Shown: positions 9,939 through 19,411, counted from the first letter of the stretch. The stretch is DNA of 64,000 nt from Bacteroidota bacterium (GCA_002746305.1 NVWV01000008.1:125353-189352), one strand, 5' to 3'. Made by a program: numbers and translations. The notes: generated by a model from the letters alone, not told the origin.

Positions 9939-9960
9939 TTTTCAAAGGTAGTAAATAGTT

Positions 9961-10060
9961 CTCTTTTAACTTCGAAATTAAAAGTTAATTGTTCAGTTAA
10001 CTTGCTTTTTCCAAGTTAATATTTAGTTTTGCTTCGAAATAACAAGTTAAATTAACAATC
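9961..10060. promoter_or_regulatory. divergent promoter/operator region with aagttaa half-sites (probable HxlR operator)
   Basis: Perfect palindrome aagttaa-N8-ttaactt at 9982-10003. A ~21-nt direct repeat cttcgaaatt/aa(a/c)aagttaa(t/a)tt occurs at 9970-9990 and 10033-10054. Confidence 0.4.
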
Positions 10061-10068
10061 AATAAAAA

Positions 10069-10440
10069 ATGAAAAAATCACCAATGGAAGTATTCCAAGC
10101 GTTTGGACAAGGAATGATGTCTGGCACAGATTCTTGGAAAGAGGTAATATCAGATGATATTGTATTTACAGGACCAGTAGACCAAGTAAATGGACTGGAC
10201 GCCTTTGCTAAACTAAATGAGAATTTTATGCCAATGATAAGGGGTAATGAAATGAAGCAGGCCGTAGAAGCTGGGAATTTTGTGATTACTCAAATGGAAA
10301 TGCAGGTTGCCATGCCATCAGGAAAAACAATTACACTAGATATGAGCGAATGGTATGAAATCAAAGATGGTAAAATTCAAAGTGTCAAAATTTACTATGA
10401 TGCAGAGGAATTTAGACACGAATCTTCACCTACTTTGTAA
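10069..10440 (+). CDS. SnoaL/NTF2-like small protein
   Basis: 123 aa. alpha+beta cone pattern (KIQSVKIYYD). Weak recognition. Confidence 0.35.
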   Translation: MKKSPMEVFQAFGQGMMSGTDSWKEVISDDIVFTGPVDQVNGLDAFAKLNENFMPMIRGNEMKQAVEAGNFVITQMEMQVAMPSGKTITLDMSEWYEIKDGKIQSVKIYYDAEEFRHESSPTL

Positions 10441-10492
10441 TCCATCCGCTAATTTTAGGGGTAGCGTTTGTTGCCCCTTTTATATCAAAAGA

Positions 10493-11086
10493 ATGAAAAT
10501 GAAATACATACTAACTATAGTACTAGCACTTGCTATCACTACTTCAGCTTTGGCCCAAAAACAAAACATGGAAAACACAGAGAATTATATTGGCCCACAA
10601 TTAGGTAAAATCCAAGGTAAAGAATCAATAGTAATAAATGCATCACAAGAAATTGTGTGGGAAGCCATTTTCAATTCTAGTGTTCTCGAAAAATGGTCCC
10701 CTCCTACAGATAGCGTTGAAGTATTTCTTCAAGAAGGACAAATACAAGAGGGAGTCGGAACAAGAAGAAAAATCTACGCTAAATTTGGCAAAAGGAATGG
10801 TAGTTTTATGGAACACCGTATTGCACAAGAAGATGGAAGGAGTATTTCATTTATGATTGACAGTGACGAAGGTTTGGGAGTCACAAAAATTTTGAAATAC
10901 CCAGGAGCAAGTATGGCAATTACAAAGGTTGATGGTGAACAAACCACAGTTGAATTTATATTTTATCATAAAACCAAAGGGTTTATGGGATGGTTATTAA
11001 ATCCAATGATAAAATCCCAACAAAAAAAACAACGTCATGGAGCACTACTTTCATTAAAAAAATATTGCGAGTCAAAATTGGATTAG
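10493..11086 (+). CDS. secreted SRPBCC-like protein
   Basis: Start re-set to MKMKYIL (signal peptide ...ALAQ) because the longer ORF overlaps the upstream gene. Fold guess is weak. Confidence 0.35.
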   Translation: MKMKYILTIVLALAITTSALAQKQNMENTENYIGPQLGKIQGKESIVINASQEIVWEAIFNSSVLEKWSPPTDSVEVFLQEGQIQEGVGTRRKIYAKFGKRNGSFMEHRIAQEDGRSISFMIDSDEGLGVTKILKYPGASMAITKVDGEQTTVEFIFYHKTKGFMGWLLNPMIKSQQKKQRHGALLSLKKYCESKLD

Positions 11087-11189
11087 AAATCAAGACAAAC
11101 TAAAATACGCATTTTATCGTATTAAGTATATTTGTATAGCAGCCGCTTAAATGAGTAAGTGGCGATGTCGTTTGTATACCCTATTGAAA

Positions 11190-11906
11190 ATGAGATACAC
11201 AATCACCATACTATTTTTCTTATTCTGTTGGAGTTCCTTTGCCCAGCACTTATACTTAAAATGTGGGGATGTAAAAATTCGATGCTACAACGGCAACATG
11301 GATCATTTTAGCATGATTGTTCATACTCCTTATACTGAGGCGGATACAAATGAAATTCCAAAAGAAATTCGTGTCAAAAATAAAAATTACTTACTGGAAC
11401 GAGTAGGTGAGAATTTCAAATGCAAATTGAATTATTACAGTTGTCAAATCATTGATTTCAAGAACTATAAAAATATAAAAAGTGAAAGAGGGTTTACTCG
11501 TAAAGACCTCTCTGACAAACGAGCAAAGTATGCATTTCAATACTACTTTGAAGTCCAAGACAGTATGCGGTATTATCTCTCAATAGTTTATGACAAGGAG
11601 GGCAATGTAATATCTGACCACCAATTGCCTAAGGTACAAAAAAATGGGTCTTTTGACAGTATAATCACAGTCTGCCAAGCAAAACAAATTGCGGAAGACA
11701 ACAAAAAATACCAAGGAAAACTGGAAGGTATTTCATTAGAATACTCAAGCAAACACAATTCCTTCGTTTGGGAGGTAAAAAAAACAAGAATCGTCAAGGG
11801 AAAAGATGTAACGATACCATTTGTACTTGTTTGTGCACAAACTGGCAGAGTAATAGGCCATAGGATAGAACTAGGCCGCATTGTTTGTATACTCCCAGAT
11901 TTTTGA
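11190..11906 (+). CDS. hypothetical secreted Cys-containing protein
   Basis: Start re-set to MRYTITILFFLFCWSSFAQ signal peptide. No recognised domain. Confidence 0.3.
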   Translation: MRYTITILFFLFCWSSFAQHLYLKCGDVKIRCYNGNMDHFSMIVHTPYTEADTNEIPKEIRVKNKNYLLERVGENFKCKLNYYSCQIIDFKNYKNIKSERGFTRKDLSDKRAKYAFQYYFEVQDSMRYYLSIVYDKEGNVISDHQLPKVQKNGSFDSIITVCQAKQIAEDNKKYQGKLEGISLEYSSKHNSFVWEVKKTRIVKGKDVTIPFVLVCAQTGRVIGHRIELGRIVCILPDF

Positions 11907-12029
11907 CCAATTTGAGGAATAAAAGCAGAGTCTCAATAGTATTCTTAATTGTAAAAAATCATTTTGAGTAAATTCTAAAATCCGTATTTAAGCATTTGCT
12001 AAAACACGCAAGAAAGCTAGATTTGTAGT

Positions 12030-12404
12030 ATGTTAAATAACTCATGCATTCGACAACAAGCAGATATTACACAAATAAACCGTTGCAAAGAGACTGTCTC
12101 TACATTAAATGACACTTTTGATTATTTAACAAATGGGCTTTCACTCGTGGGAAACAACGTTAGATTGAAAATACTGTACCTCATCTTTGAAGAAAGGAGA
12201 CTTTGTGTTTGTGATTTAAGCGACATTCTTGGAATGAACATTTCCGCTGTCTCTCAACATTTGAGAAAAATGAAGGATAGAAACCTAATAGAAACTGAAA
12301 GGGAAGCACAAACCGTTTTTCACTCATTAACCCCTGAATATGAGCAATTACTAAATCCTTTTTTTAAGATTCTCGACAATAATAAAATTCTGGAAGTACT
12401 ATGA
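12030..12404 (+). CDS. ArsR/SmtB-family metalloregulator
   Basis: LKILYLIFEERRLCVCDLSDILGMNISAVSQHLRKMKDRNLI is an ArsR HTH with a CVC metal site in the alpha3 position. Confidence 0.6.
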   Translation: MLNNSCIRQQADITQINRCKETVSTLNDTFDYLTNGLSLVGNNVRLKILYLIFEERRLCVCDLSDILGMNISAVSQHLRKMKDRNLIETEREAQTVFHSLTPEYEQLLNPFFKILDNNKILEVL

Positions 12405-12994
12405 AGACTGAAAAAAAATTAATCGGAGCAGGTTTATTGACTGCAGCTGCAGCTTCGCTATGTTGTATAACACCTGTTATAGCACTGATAGCAGGAACAA
12501 GCGGCATTGCCTCAACGTTCTCTTGGCTTGAACCGTTCAGACCTTACTTAATCGGATTGACTATTTTGGTTCTTGGTTTTGCTTGGTATCAAAAATTAAA
12601 GCCAAAAAAAGAAATAGACTGCGATTGTGATACTGATGAAAAGCCGAAATTCATTCAATCAAAAATATTTTTAGGCTTTATAACCGTGTTCGCACTTGTT
12701 ATGTTGGCTTTTCCATACTATTCAAAAACATTCTATCCAAACACTGAAAACCAAACTAGGATAGTTGATGACTCAAACATTTCAACCATAGTATTTAAAA
12801 TAAGTGGAATGACCTGTACCAGTTGCGAACAACATGTGAATCACGAAGTTAATAAACTGAGTGGTATTGTAAGTTCAAAAGCATCCTATGAAATGGGAAA
12901 TGTGATTGTAGAATTAGACCGAACAAAGACCAGTATAACTGACATTAAGAAAGCAATTAACTCAACAGGATACACGGTAACTGACACCAAATAA
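12401..12994 (+). CDS. MerT-MerP fusion (mercuric/heavy-metal transport protein with C-terminal HMA domain)
   Basis: N-terminal AASLCCITPVIALIAG...LEPFRPYLIGLTILVLGFAWYQ parallels MerT (CC pair in TM1, LEPYRP). C-terminal GMTCTSCEQHVNHEV is an HMA (MerP-like) motif. ATGA-type overlap with ArsR. Confidence 0.6.
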   Translation: MKTEKKLIGAGLLTAAAASLCCITPVIALIAGTSGIASTFSWLEPFRPYLIGLTILVLGFAWYQKLKPKKEIDCDCDTDEKPKFIQSKIFLGFITVFALVMLAFPYYSKTFYPNTENQTRIVDDSNISTIVFKISGMTCTSCEQHVNHEVNKLSGIVSSKASYEMGNVIVELDRTKTSITDIKKAINSTGYTVTDTK

Positions 12995-12999
12995 GACTT

Positions 13000-13206
13000 A
13001 TGAAAATAACATTAAAGTCGGAAATTACTTGCCCTTCTTGCAAACATAAAAAAGTAGAAGAGATGCCTACAAATGCCTGTCAATTCTTTTACGAATGTGA
13101 CAACTGTAAAATAATTTTTAAACCAAAAGAGGGAGATTGTTGTGTCTATTGTTCTTATGGAACTGTTCCTTGTCCACCTATTCAAGAAAATAAAAATTGT
13201 TGCTAA
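13000..13206 (+). CDS. small cytoplasmic Cys-rich protein with GDCCVxCSYG motif (13 Cys in 68 aa)
   Basis: CPSC...CDNC...GDCCVYCSYGTVPC...NCC. I recall a GDCCVxC family named for mer contexts but cannot verify it. Confidence 0.45.
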   Translation: MKITLKSEITCPSCKHKKVEEMPTNACQFFYECDNCKIIFKPKEGDCCVYCSYGTVPCPPIQENKNCC

Positions 13207-13345
13207 ATGAATACTAAAACCAAAGATATAGCATGTCTTTAACCGCTTTTTATTGTTGGTGCTAATTCGAAAGAATAAAAATTGTCACACTCTCATTTAA
13301 ATTTTGTCTAAAGGGTATATAACAACTTTATAAACTCATAAAAAG

Positions 13346-13729
13346 ATGAAAAAAGCAACAACACAGACCATTAGTATTAACGCTGAATACCAAAAGGTAT
13401 TCAACTACATCTCAAATCCTTTAACTCAAAAGGAATGGGCAATTAACTTTATGAAAGACGTAAAAGAAACGGATAATGGATTTATAGCCATAACACCATT
13501 TGGAGAAATGCCATTAGAACTTAGGGCCAATGAACAAACAGGAACTATCGACATCATTCTAGGTGATGGCAAACCAATTCCAACTCGACTCATTAAAAAC
13601 CAAAATGGATGTGAATATATTTTTACATTGTTTCAACCCACAGGAATGCCTGACACTGCCTGGGAACGAGAAGGAATTCCTGGTTTAACGGAAGAATTAA
13701 AAGAACTTAAATCAATACTTGAACAATAA
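13346..13729 (+). CDS. hypothetical protein (SRPBCC-like guess)
   Basis: 127-aa ORF. No strong motif. Confidence 0.3.
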   Translation: MKKATTQTISINAEYQKVFNYISNPLTQKEWAINFMKDVKETDNGFIAITPFGEMPLELRANEQTGTIDIILGDGKPIPTRLIKNQNGCEYIFTLFQPTGMPDTAWEREGIPGLTEELKELKSILEQ

Positions 13730-13735
13730 ATAAAT

Positions 13736-14140
13736 ATGAAACAGTTCAGTTTAAGTTTAGGGCTTGGTTTTCTAGTCAACAATATTGTTGCAACAATGCT
13801 TGCAATGTTTGTTCTAAACCCGCTATTAAACCCAATGTTTGAGGGAATGATTCGAAAACAAGAAGAGGGGTTGGAAATGCCATCATTACTAAGCGGATAT
13901 TTTTTACTTACACTGTTTATGGTAATTGGTTACAGGCATTTTTCTTTAGATGCAAAATGGCTAAAAAAAGGCATAATTTGGGGTCTATTGGTTGGAGGAA
14001 TTGCTTTTATTGCAGGGCACTTAATTGTAGCTGGTTGGTCAAGCATGCCTCCGTTACCAATGCTAATTTCTGGAGTAATAGATACAGTAGCAACTTTGGC
14101 AACCGGAATACTTATTGCGTATTTTCATCGAAATGAATGA
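13736..14140 (+). CDS. hypothetical integral membrane protein (4 TM)
   Basis: Hydrophobic helices. Stop overlaps the sigma gene start (ATGAATGA). Confidence 0.4.
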   Translation: MKQFSLSLGLGFLVNNIVATMLAMFVLNPLLNPMFEGMIRKQEEGLEMPSLLSGYFLLTLFMVIGYRHFSLDAKWLKKGIIWGLLVGGIAFIAGHLIVAGWSSMPPLPMLISGVIDTVATLATGILIAYFHRNE

Positions 14141-14939
14141 TTTAGAAATAGTAGTAAAAAAGGCTGTAGAAGGAGATAAAAAAGCACTTGAAGAAGTTGT
14201 TCTTCAAATTCAAGACTTCATATATAACTTAGCAATCAGGATGCTGTGGCATCCTGATGATGCTAAAGACGCTACACAAGACATATTGATAAAGGTAATT
14301 ACTAATTTGAGCAAGTTCAACAATAAAAGTGCCTTCACTACCTGGGTTTACAGATTGTCTTCAAACAACCTAATTAACTTTAAAAAGAAAAAAAATACAG
14401 GCTCATTGAACTTTGATCAATATGAACTCCAATTAAATCAAGGCTTCTCCAACACAATAGAATATACAACCAACAAAGCAGAGCAGAGTTTATTAATTCA
14501 AGAAGCAAAAATTGGATGTTCCAATGCCATGCTACAATGTCTGAACAAAGAAAGTCGCATAACATATATCATAGGTGAAATACTAGAATTCAATGGTTAT
14601 GAAGGAGGAATAATACTAAATATTACACCCGAAAATTTTAGAAAAAAACTCTCACGGGCTCGGAAGAGTTTGCACAATTTTTTAAATAAAAATTGTGGAA
14701 TAGTCAATAAGCAAAATACATGCAGGTGTCACAAAAAAGTAGATGGTTCTATAAAAAATGGATTCATTCAACCCACTAATTTACTTTTTACAAAGAATAT
14801 AAAAGATGACAATCTTATTAATACAATTGAAAGTATTAGCCATGAAGTAAATTTATACCAAACAAACCCAAACTATACAGCTCCTGATATTTTCTTAAGT
14901 GAAGTTAGAAGAATCGTAACTACCGCCAAAAATGTATAA
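14133..14939 (+). CDS. ECF-type sigma-70 family factor with ~80-aa C-terminal extension containing CxxxxxxxxCRCH
   Basis: Region 2 (DATQDILIKVITNLSKF...FTTWVYRLSSNNLINF). Region 4 (FRKKLSRARKSLHNFL). Extension NKNCGIVNKQNTCRCHKK... Start set at ATG 14133. Confidence 0.5.
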   Translation: MNDLEIVVKKAVEGDKKALEEVVLQIQDFIYNLAIRMLWHPDDAKDATQDILIKVITNLSKFNNKSAFTTWVYRLSSNNLINFKKKKNTGSLNFDQYELQLNQGFSNTIEYTTNKAEQSLLIQEAKIGCSNAMLQCLNKESRITYIIGEILEFNGYEGGIILNITPENFRKKLSRARKSLHNFLNKNCGIVNKQNTCRCHKKVDGSIKNGFIQPTNLLFTKNIKDDNLINTIESISHEVNLYQTNPNYTAPDIFLSEVRRIVTTAKNV

Positions 14940-15010
14940 AAACATAAAACACATTGTTGCTGAATAAGTCCTAAATGTAGGGGAGTATTCTTTAAATATA
15001 AAGGGAAACC

Positions 15011-15745
15011 TTATACGAAGTGCTTACGAATGAATTGCTTTGAGACCCAAATTAAAAGGGTTATCAAAAACAGAAAACCAACTAACAAGAATGGAAGAGT
15101 TGCCGTATTATTTGCCGCACCATGAATCAATTGAAAAATCCAATGAGTAGGCAAAAATCCTAAGATATGCTTCAGATTTTCGGGAAGAAAAAAGGATGCA
15201 ATTGGCAAAAGAACAATCATATTAAAAGCTTTGATATAAACAATCCCTTGCATTCTATTTTCAACTATTGAATTAATCCCTAGTACGTATACAGGCACAA
15301 CTAAAGCTGTAAGAACAGATATAACCACGTTTGTCCCCCAATCAATAGTGTAAAATGACTGGAGCTTAATCAAAATAATATTGAGTACCACTGTTATTAG
15401 AAAGGGGATTAAGAGTCGCGACACTATATACTCCACCTTACTTAAAGGCACTATTCCATACACCTTGGCAACATCAGTCTCTTTCTCATCAATCAGAACC
15501 ATACTACTGATAAAACTAAACATTTGAGTGTTCTCAATTACCCCAACTATTAAAAAAAGAGACAGATAGGGCGTTAAAAATTCGTATTGGGCTACCATGA
15601 TTGGTAGAAACCAGATAAATACAGCAAACAAGACCAGAGGCATTGCTAAAAATACTCTTAACGATGAATCCCTAAAAATTAGTTTAAAATCTGATATGGC
15701 AAGTGTTATTATTTTCTTGTTCATGGAGTTTTCCTTTATTGGCAA
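15011..15745 (-). CDS. ABC-2 type transporter permease
   Basis: 6 TM. Operon with the ATPase at 16428. Confidence 0.5.
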   Translation of the reverse strand: MPIKENSMNKKIITLAISDFKLIFRDSSLRVFLAMPLVLFAVFIWFLPIMVAQYEFLTPYLSLFLIVGVIENTQMFSFISSMVLIDEKETDVAKVYGIVPLSKVEYIVSRLLIPFLITVVLNIILIKLQSFYTIDWGTNVVISVLTALVVPVYVLGINSIVENRMQGIVYIKAFNMIVLLPIASFFLPENLKHILGFLPTHWIFQLIHGAANNTATLPFLLVGFLFLITLLIWVSKQFIRKHFV

Positions 15746-16431
15746 ATCACCTTTCTTTTGAATAATTTATAGGCCAAACTATAAAATAGCGTAATCCAAA
15801 AAAAGATGGAAATATAAGTGGCCCATAAGTTAATTTCCGTTCCACTAATCCCATTGTCTATTAAATTGATACTACCTTGAGCTGGGAATACATACTTCAA
15901 TAATCCCATATCAAAAACTCCCAAATATTGCAATAATGGAACGTTAATAAATGTTAAAAAAACAGGAATGGATATCATGGCAAACTTCAAAAATTCGGAA
16001 GCGAAGGTGAGCATGATTAGACCTAAAAGAGCTGATAAAAGGCAAATACCTAAAGTTCCTATGGCGTAATTAATAATATCAAAATCGAAACCTTTGACAA
16101 AAAAAGCAAGACCCAGAGCACAAACTATTCCAACAACAGAAAGAGCCATTACTTTGGAAATGATGTAATGATGTAAATTAATGGGGGTAGTAAATATTGC
16201 AGGCAATATTTCATGTTTTATTTCAGTATAAATGGCTAATGCTATAAAGAAATAACCAATTACTGAAGGGTCATTTAAAACAATTGAAATCAGTACTACA
16301 TCCAAGCTACCTACATCCTTTATTAAAAATAAGATGACGCCATAAATCACAGTAACGCCAATACTGATATTGATAATATTATTTTTATGAAGTAACATCA
16401 ACTGCCACTTTAGTTGTGAAAGTATCTTCAT
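15736..16431 (-). CDS. ABC-2 type transporter permease
   Basis: 6 TM. Overlaps neighbours by 10 and 4 nt. Confidence 0.5.
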   Translation of the reverse strand: MKILSQLKWQLMLLHKNNIINISIGVTVIYGVILFLIKDVGSLDVVLISIVLNDPSVIGYFFIALAIYTEIKHEILPAIFTTPINLHHYIISKVMALSVVGIVCALGLAFFVKGFDFDIINYAIGTLGICLLSALLGLIMLTFASEFLKFAMISIPVFLTFINVPLLQYLGVFDMGLLKYVFPAQGSINLIDNGISGTEINLWATYISIFFWITLFYSLAYKLFKRKVICQ

Positions 16432-17279
16432 ATTTTCAAGGTTTTACCGGTAACATTAATGAACACTTCTTCCAAACTGGCTTCCAAAGTGTGAATCCGA
16501 TTTATTTCACCTTTTTTTAAGAAATTGATAAAATCAGCATTTTCTCCCAAGTCTTTCAAAGAGAACTCGTCACTCTCTCCATTCTTCAATTCCACATTTA
16601 CGGCTTCTTTACCATATTTAGTTTTCAGAGCTTTGGGCGTATCCGTTATTTTAAGTTCACCATCTACAATGAAAGAAACCCTATCACATAGCTCATCTGC
16701 CGTATTCATATTATGGGTTGTGATAAAAATCGTCTTCCCCGATTTCTTTAAATCCAAAATATGCTGCTTCATTTTATGTCCATTTACTGGATCTAATCCT
16801 GCAGTAGGTTCATCAAAAAATAAAATTGCAGGGTCGTGTTGAATGGCTCTAATAAAATTCAATCTCATTTTCATCCCCTTTGAATATGCCTCGACTGGTT
16901 TATTCATGTCATCTTCAAGTCCAACCATTTCAAATAATTTTAAAACGTCTCTACCGGAATTCTTAGGATAGAAAGAAGCGAATAAATCTAAATTTTCTCT
17001 CCCAGATAGTTTCAAATAATGGTTTGGCAACTCAAATCCGACTCCTATTTTTTCATAAAAAGAACTATCCCAAAGGTTCAAATCTTTTCCTTCTATTTCT
17101 ACTTTCCCCTGATAACCCGTTAATATTTTATAAAGCACCTTCTGGGCTGTACTTTTTCCAGCTCCTGAGGGTCCCAAAAATCCAAACACCTCACCCGATT
17201 GAATCTCAAAACTCAATCCTTTTAGAGTTGGAGAGTCATTCTTTGGATATTGAAATATCAAATCTTCTACTCGTATCAT
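16428..17279 (-). CDS. ABC transporter ATP-binding protein
   Basis: Walker A GPSGAGKST. Signature YSKGMKMRLNF. Walker B ILFFDEPTAGLD. H-loop ITTHNM. Confidence 0.85.
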   Translation of the reverse strand: MIRVEDLIFQYPKNDSPTLKGLSFEIQSGEVFGFLGPSGAGKSTAQKVLYKILTGYQGKVEIEGKDLNLWDSSFYEKIGVGFELPNHYLKLSGRENLDLFASFYPKNSGRDVLKLFEMVGLEDDMNKPVEAYSKGMKMRLNFIRAIQHDPAILFFDEPTAGLDPVNGHKMKQHILDLKKSGKTIFITTHNMNTADELCDRVSFIVDGELKITDTPKALKTKYGKEAVNVELKNGESDEFSLKDLGENADFINFLKKGEINRIHTLEASLEEVFINVTGKTLKI

Positions 17280-17282
17280 AGT

Positions 17283-17963
17283 TTATAATTCTTTGTCAAA
17301 TGCCCTTTTTAAGAGTTGGATATAATCATCGACTGTCTTTAATAGTACATCCACCTTCCCTTGATAAACAGGGGTGTTATTTTTTATACTCTCTTTTGGA
17401 TTGATTTCCCCAAAAACTTGCATTTGTTCTTGAATTGCAACCCCAGACTTATAGAGTAAAAAGCCCATAGTCTTAATCGGTAAATCGGCCCTGAATAAGC
17501 CTAATTTAATTTCATGTTCTATCATTTTTTCAAAACCTGCAACAGACTGATTTAACAAATCATCGTATAGGCTTTTGATAGACGGAGAATTAAGGCTGCT
17601 CACTAAATTGTGTAAAAAGTGACTTTGCAATGGGTTTTCTAAATCGAATTTTATCCCTTCGGAGTATAACAATCGGAAAAAGACCCAAAAATCAGAACAA
17701 TCCTCCCTTTTCAAATCCTTAAAATATTTCATCTTGGTACTCGTGCATTCATTTATCAAATACATAAACAAATCCAATTTATCATCAAAATATTGATAGA
17801 TACTTCCTTTAGCAATACCTAATGATTTAACAACAGAGGTTAGAGAAGCGTCATCAAAAGTATGCGTTGCAAACTCCTTTAAAAAGGCGTCTACTAGTAT
17901 CTTCTTCTTGTCTTCTTTTAGATTGGTGAAAGTTATTTTAGGCATTTGTGACTTTACGGTCAC
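17283..17963 (-). CDS. TetR/AcrR family transcriptional regulator
   Basis: N-terminal HTH FATHTFDDASLTSVVKSLGIAKGSIYQYF. Located immediately upstream of the ABC operon. Confidence 0.7.
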   Translation of the reverse strand: MTVKSQMPKITFTNLKEDKKKILVDAFLKEFATHTFDDASLTSVVKSLGIAKGSIYQYFDDKLDLFMYLINECTSTKMKYFKDLKREDCSDFWVFFRLLYSEGIKFDLENPLQSHFLHNLVSSLNSPSIKSLYDDLLNQSVAGFEKMIEHEIKLGLFRADLPIKTMGFLLYKSGVAIQEQMQVFGEINPKESIKNNTPVYQGKVDVLLKTVDDYIQLLKRAFDKEL

Positions 17964-18093
17964 AAATATACGTTACTTTATGACTAGTCAGTCATATTTT
18001 ATCTTAACACTACGACAAGGTTCGTTAATCCGAGCAAAAAAAAGCCCTTGTTGAACAAATGCAACAAGGGCCTAAACTTAATTTACTACTTTT

Positions 18094-18957
18094 CTAGTTC
18101 AGTAGGTCTTTCATCCCAAAAGCTGTGATAAAATTATCGTAACCTTCTTTCACCTGAGCATTCGCCTTTTCTATGAACTCTCCAGTCATTCCATCTACTA
18201 CTGTTCTCAATGGTCTTTCACCTTTAGGGGTCTCCATCAATTTAAAAATTGCGTCTGGAACCATTTGAGGGTCCGGTTTCATAGCCTCAAACATTTGCCC
18301 CATTCCTTGGCTAACTTGCTCAGGAACTTTCGCTAACTCTCCGTACCCTTCGGCAACAGCCTGATCAGAACCATATGCTACCTTACTGAAAATCTCAGTA
18401 GGGAACGCCCCTGGTTGCACTAATACCACATCTACTCCCAATGGTCTTACCTCATAATGCAATCCTTCTGTCAGTCCCTCAACGGCAAATTTGGTGCTAT
18501 TGTAAACGGTCATAAAAGGTGCCGAGAATCTACCTAAACCACTAGATGTATTAATAATCAAACCTTCTCCTTGCTTTCTCATTTGTGGGAGACTCGCCTT
18601 GATAGTTCTCCAGGTTCCTTTCACATTTACATCGTACATCTTTTCAAGATCTACGTCCGAATATGTTTCCGCTAATCCACCTCCAAAATAACCTGCGTTG
18701 TTAACTAAAACATCCAATCTTCCTTCCTTTTCAATTACACTTCCTAAGGCATTTTTCACACCTTCAGAATCTGTTACGTCCAACTCAATAACATTAATGT
18801 TATCAATGGATTGTAACTCATTTGCTCTTTCAGCATTTCTTCCCTTTATGTCTCTCATTGTTGCATAAACAGTATAGCCTCGTTCTGCTGCTCCCTTTGC
18901 CGTTAGGTATCCAAATCCACTGTTGGTACCTGTAATTAATACTACTTTATTACTCAT
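18094..18957 (-). CDS. short-chain dehydrogenase/reductase (SDR)
   Basis: TGxxxGxG (VVLITGTNSGFGYLTA). NNAG. YNSTK catalytic YxxxK. Confidence 0.75.
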   Translation of the reverse strand: MSNKVVLITGTNSGFGYLTAKGAAERGYTVYATMRDIKGRNAERANELQSIDNINVIELDVTDSEGVKNALGSVIEKEGRLDVLVNNAGYFGGGLAETYSDVDLEKMYDVNVKGTWRTIKASLPQMRKQGEGLIINTSSGLGRFSAPFMTVYNSTKFAVEGLTEGLHYEVRPLGVDVVLVQPGAFPTEIFSKVAYGSDQAVAEGYGELAKVPEQVSQGMGQMFEAMKPDPQMVPDAIFKLMETPKGERPLRTVVDGMTGEFIEKANAQVKEGYDNFITAFGMKDLLN

Positions 18958-18978
18958 AATTATATTTTTATATTATAT

Positions 18979-19020
18979 TTGTTACGCAAAGTTACTATTA
19001 ACAGTTACTTTATGTAACAA
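18979..19020. promoter_or_regulatory. palindromic operator ttgttac-N28-gtaacaa with internal agttact repeats between the SDR and HxlR genes
   Basis: Read directly: ttgttacgcaaagttactattaacagttactttatgtaacaa. A further gtaac half-site lies at ~19044. Confidence 0.35.
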
Positions 19021-19063
19021 ATGAATTTTATTTAGACATAAAGTGGTTACCTACAAGTAACAA

Positions 19064-19411
19064 TTGCCTAAAAATATGAATTGTAGCAATCCAACATGTT
19101 CGTTAACTCAAGCCATATCCGTAATAGGCGGAAAATGGAAACCGTTAATCATCTACAGCTTAAACAGATCCAGTAAAAGATTTGGACAGTTAGATGCTAC
19201 TATCCTTGGCATTTCTAGAAAAGTACTTACGTCACAACTGAATGAATTGCTCCGAGACAAACTAATTAGCAGAGAGGCCTTTGCTGAAACTCCACCAAGA
19301 GTTGAATACAGTTTAACCTCAAAGGGGAAAGAACTCATCCCGATATTTGGATCAATTGCAGAGTGGGGAACTTACTTAGTTGAAGAATACAAGGACGAAC
19401 TCGTTAAGTAA
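19064..19411 (+). CDS. HxlR-family transcriptional regulator
   Basis: CSLTQAISVIGGKWKPLIIYSL...KRFGQL...ISRKVLTSQLNELLRDKLISRE...PPRVEYSLTSKG. Confidence 0.7.
   Translation: MPKNMNCSNPTCSLTQAISVIGGKWKPLIIYSLNRSSKRFGQLDATILGISRKVLTSQLNELLRDKLISREAFAETPPRVEYSLTSKGKELIPIFGSIAEWGTYLVEEYKDELVK

Noticed and set aside
10355-10492. Longer 5' extension of the SRPBCC-like ORF starting at 10355.
   Set aside because: It overlaps the upstream gene by 86 nt. The internal ATG at 10493 begins a clean signal peptide.
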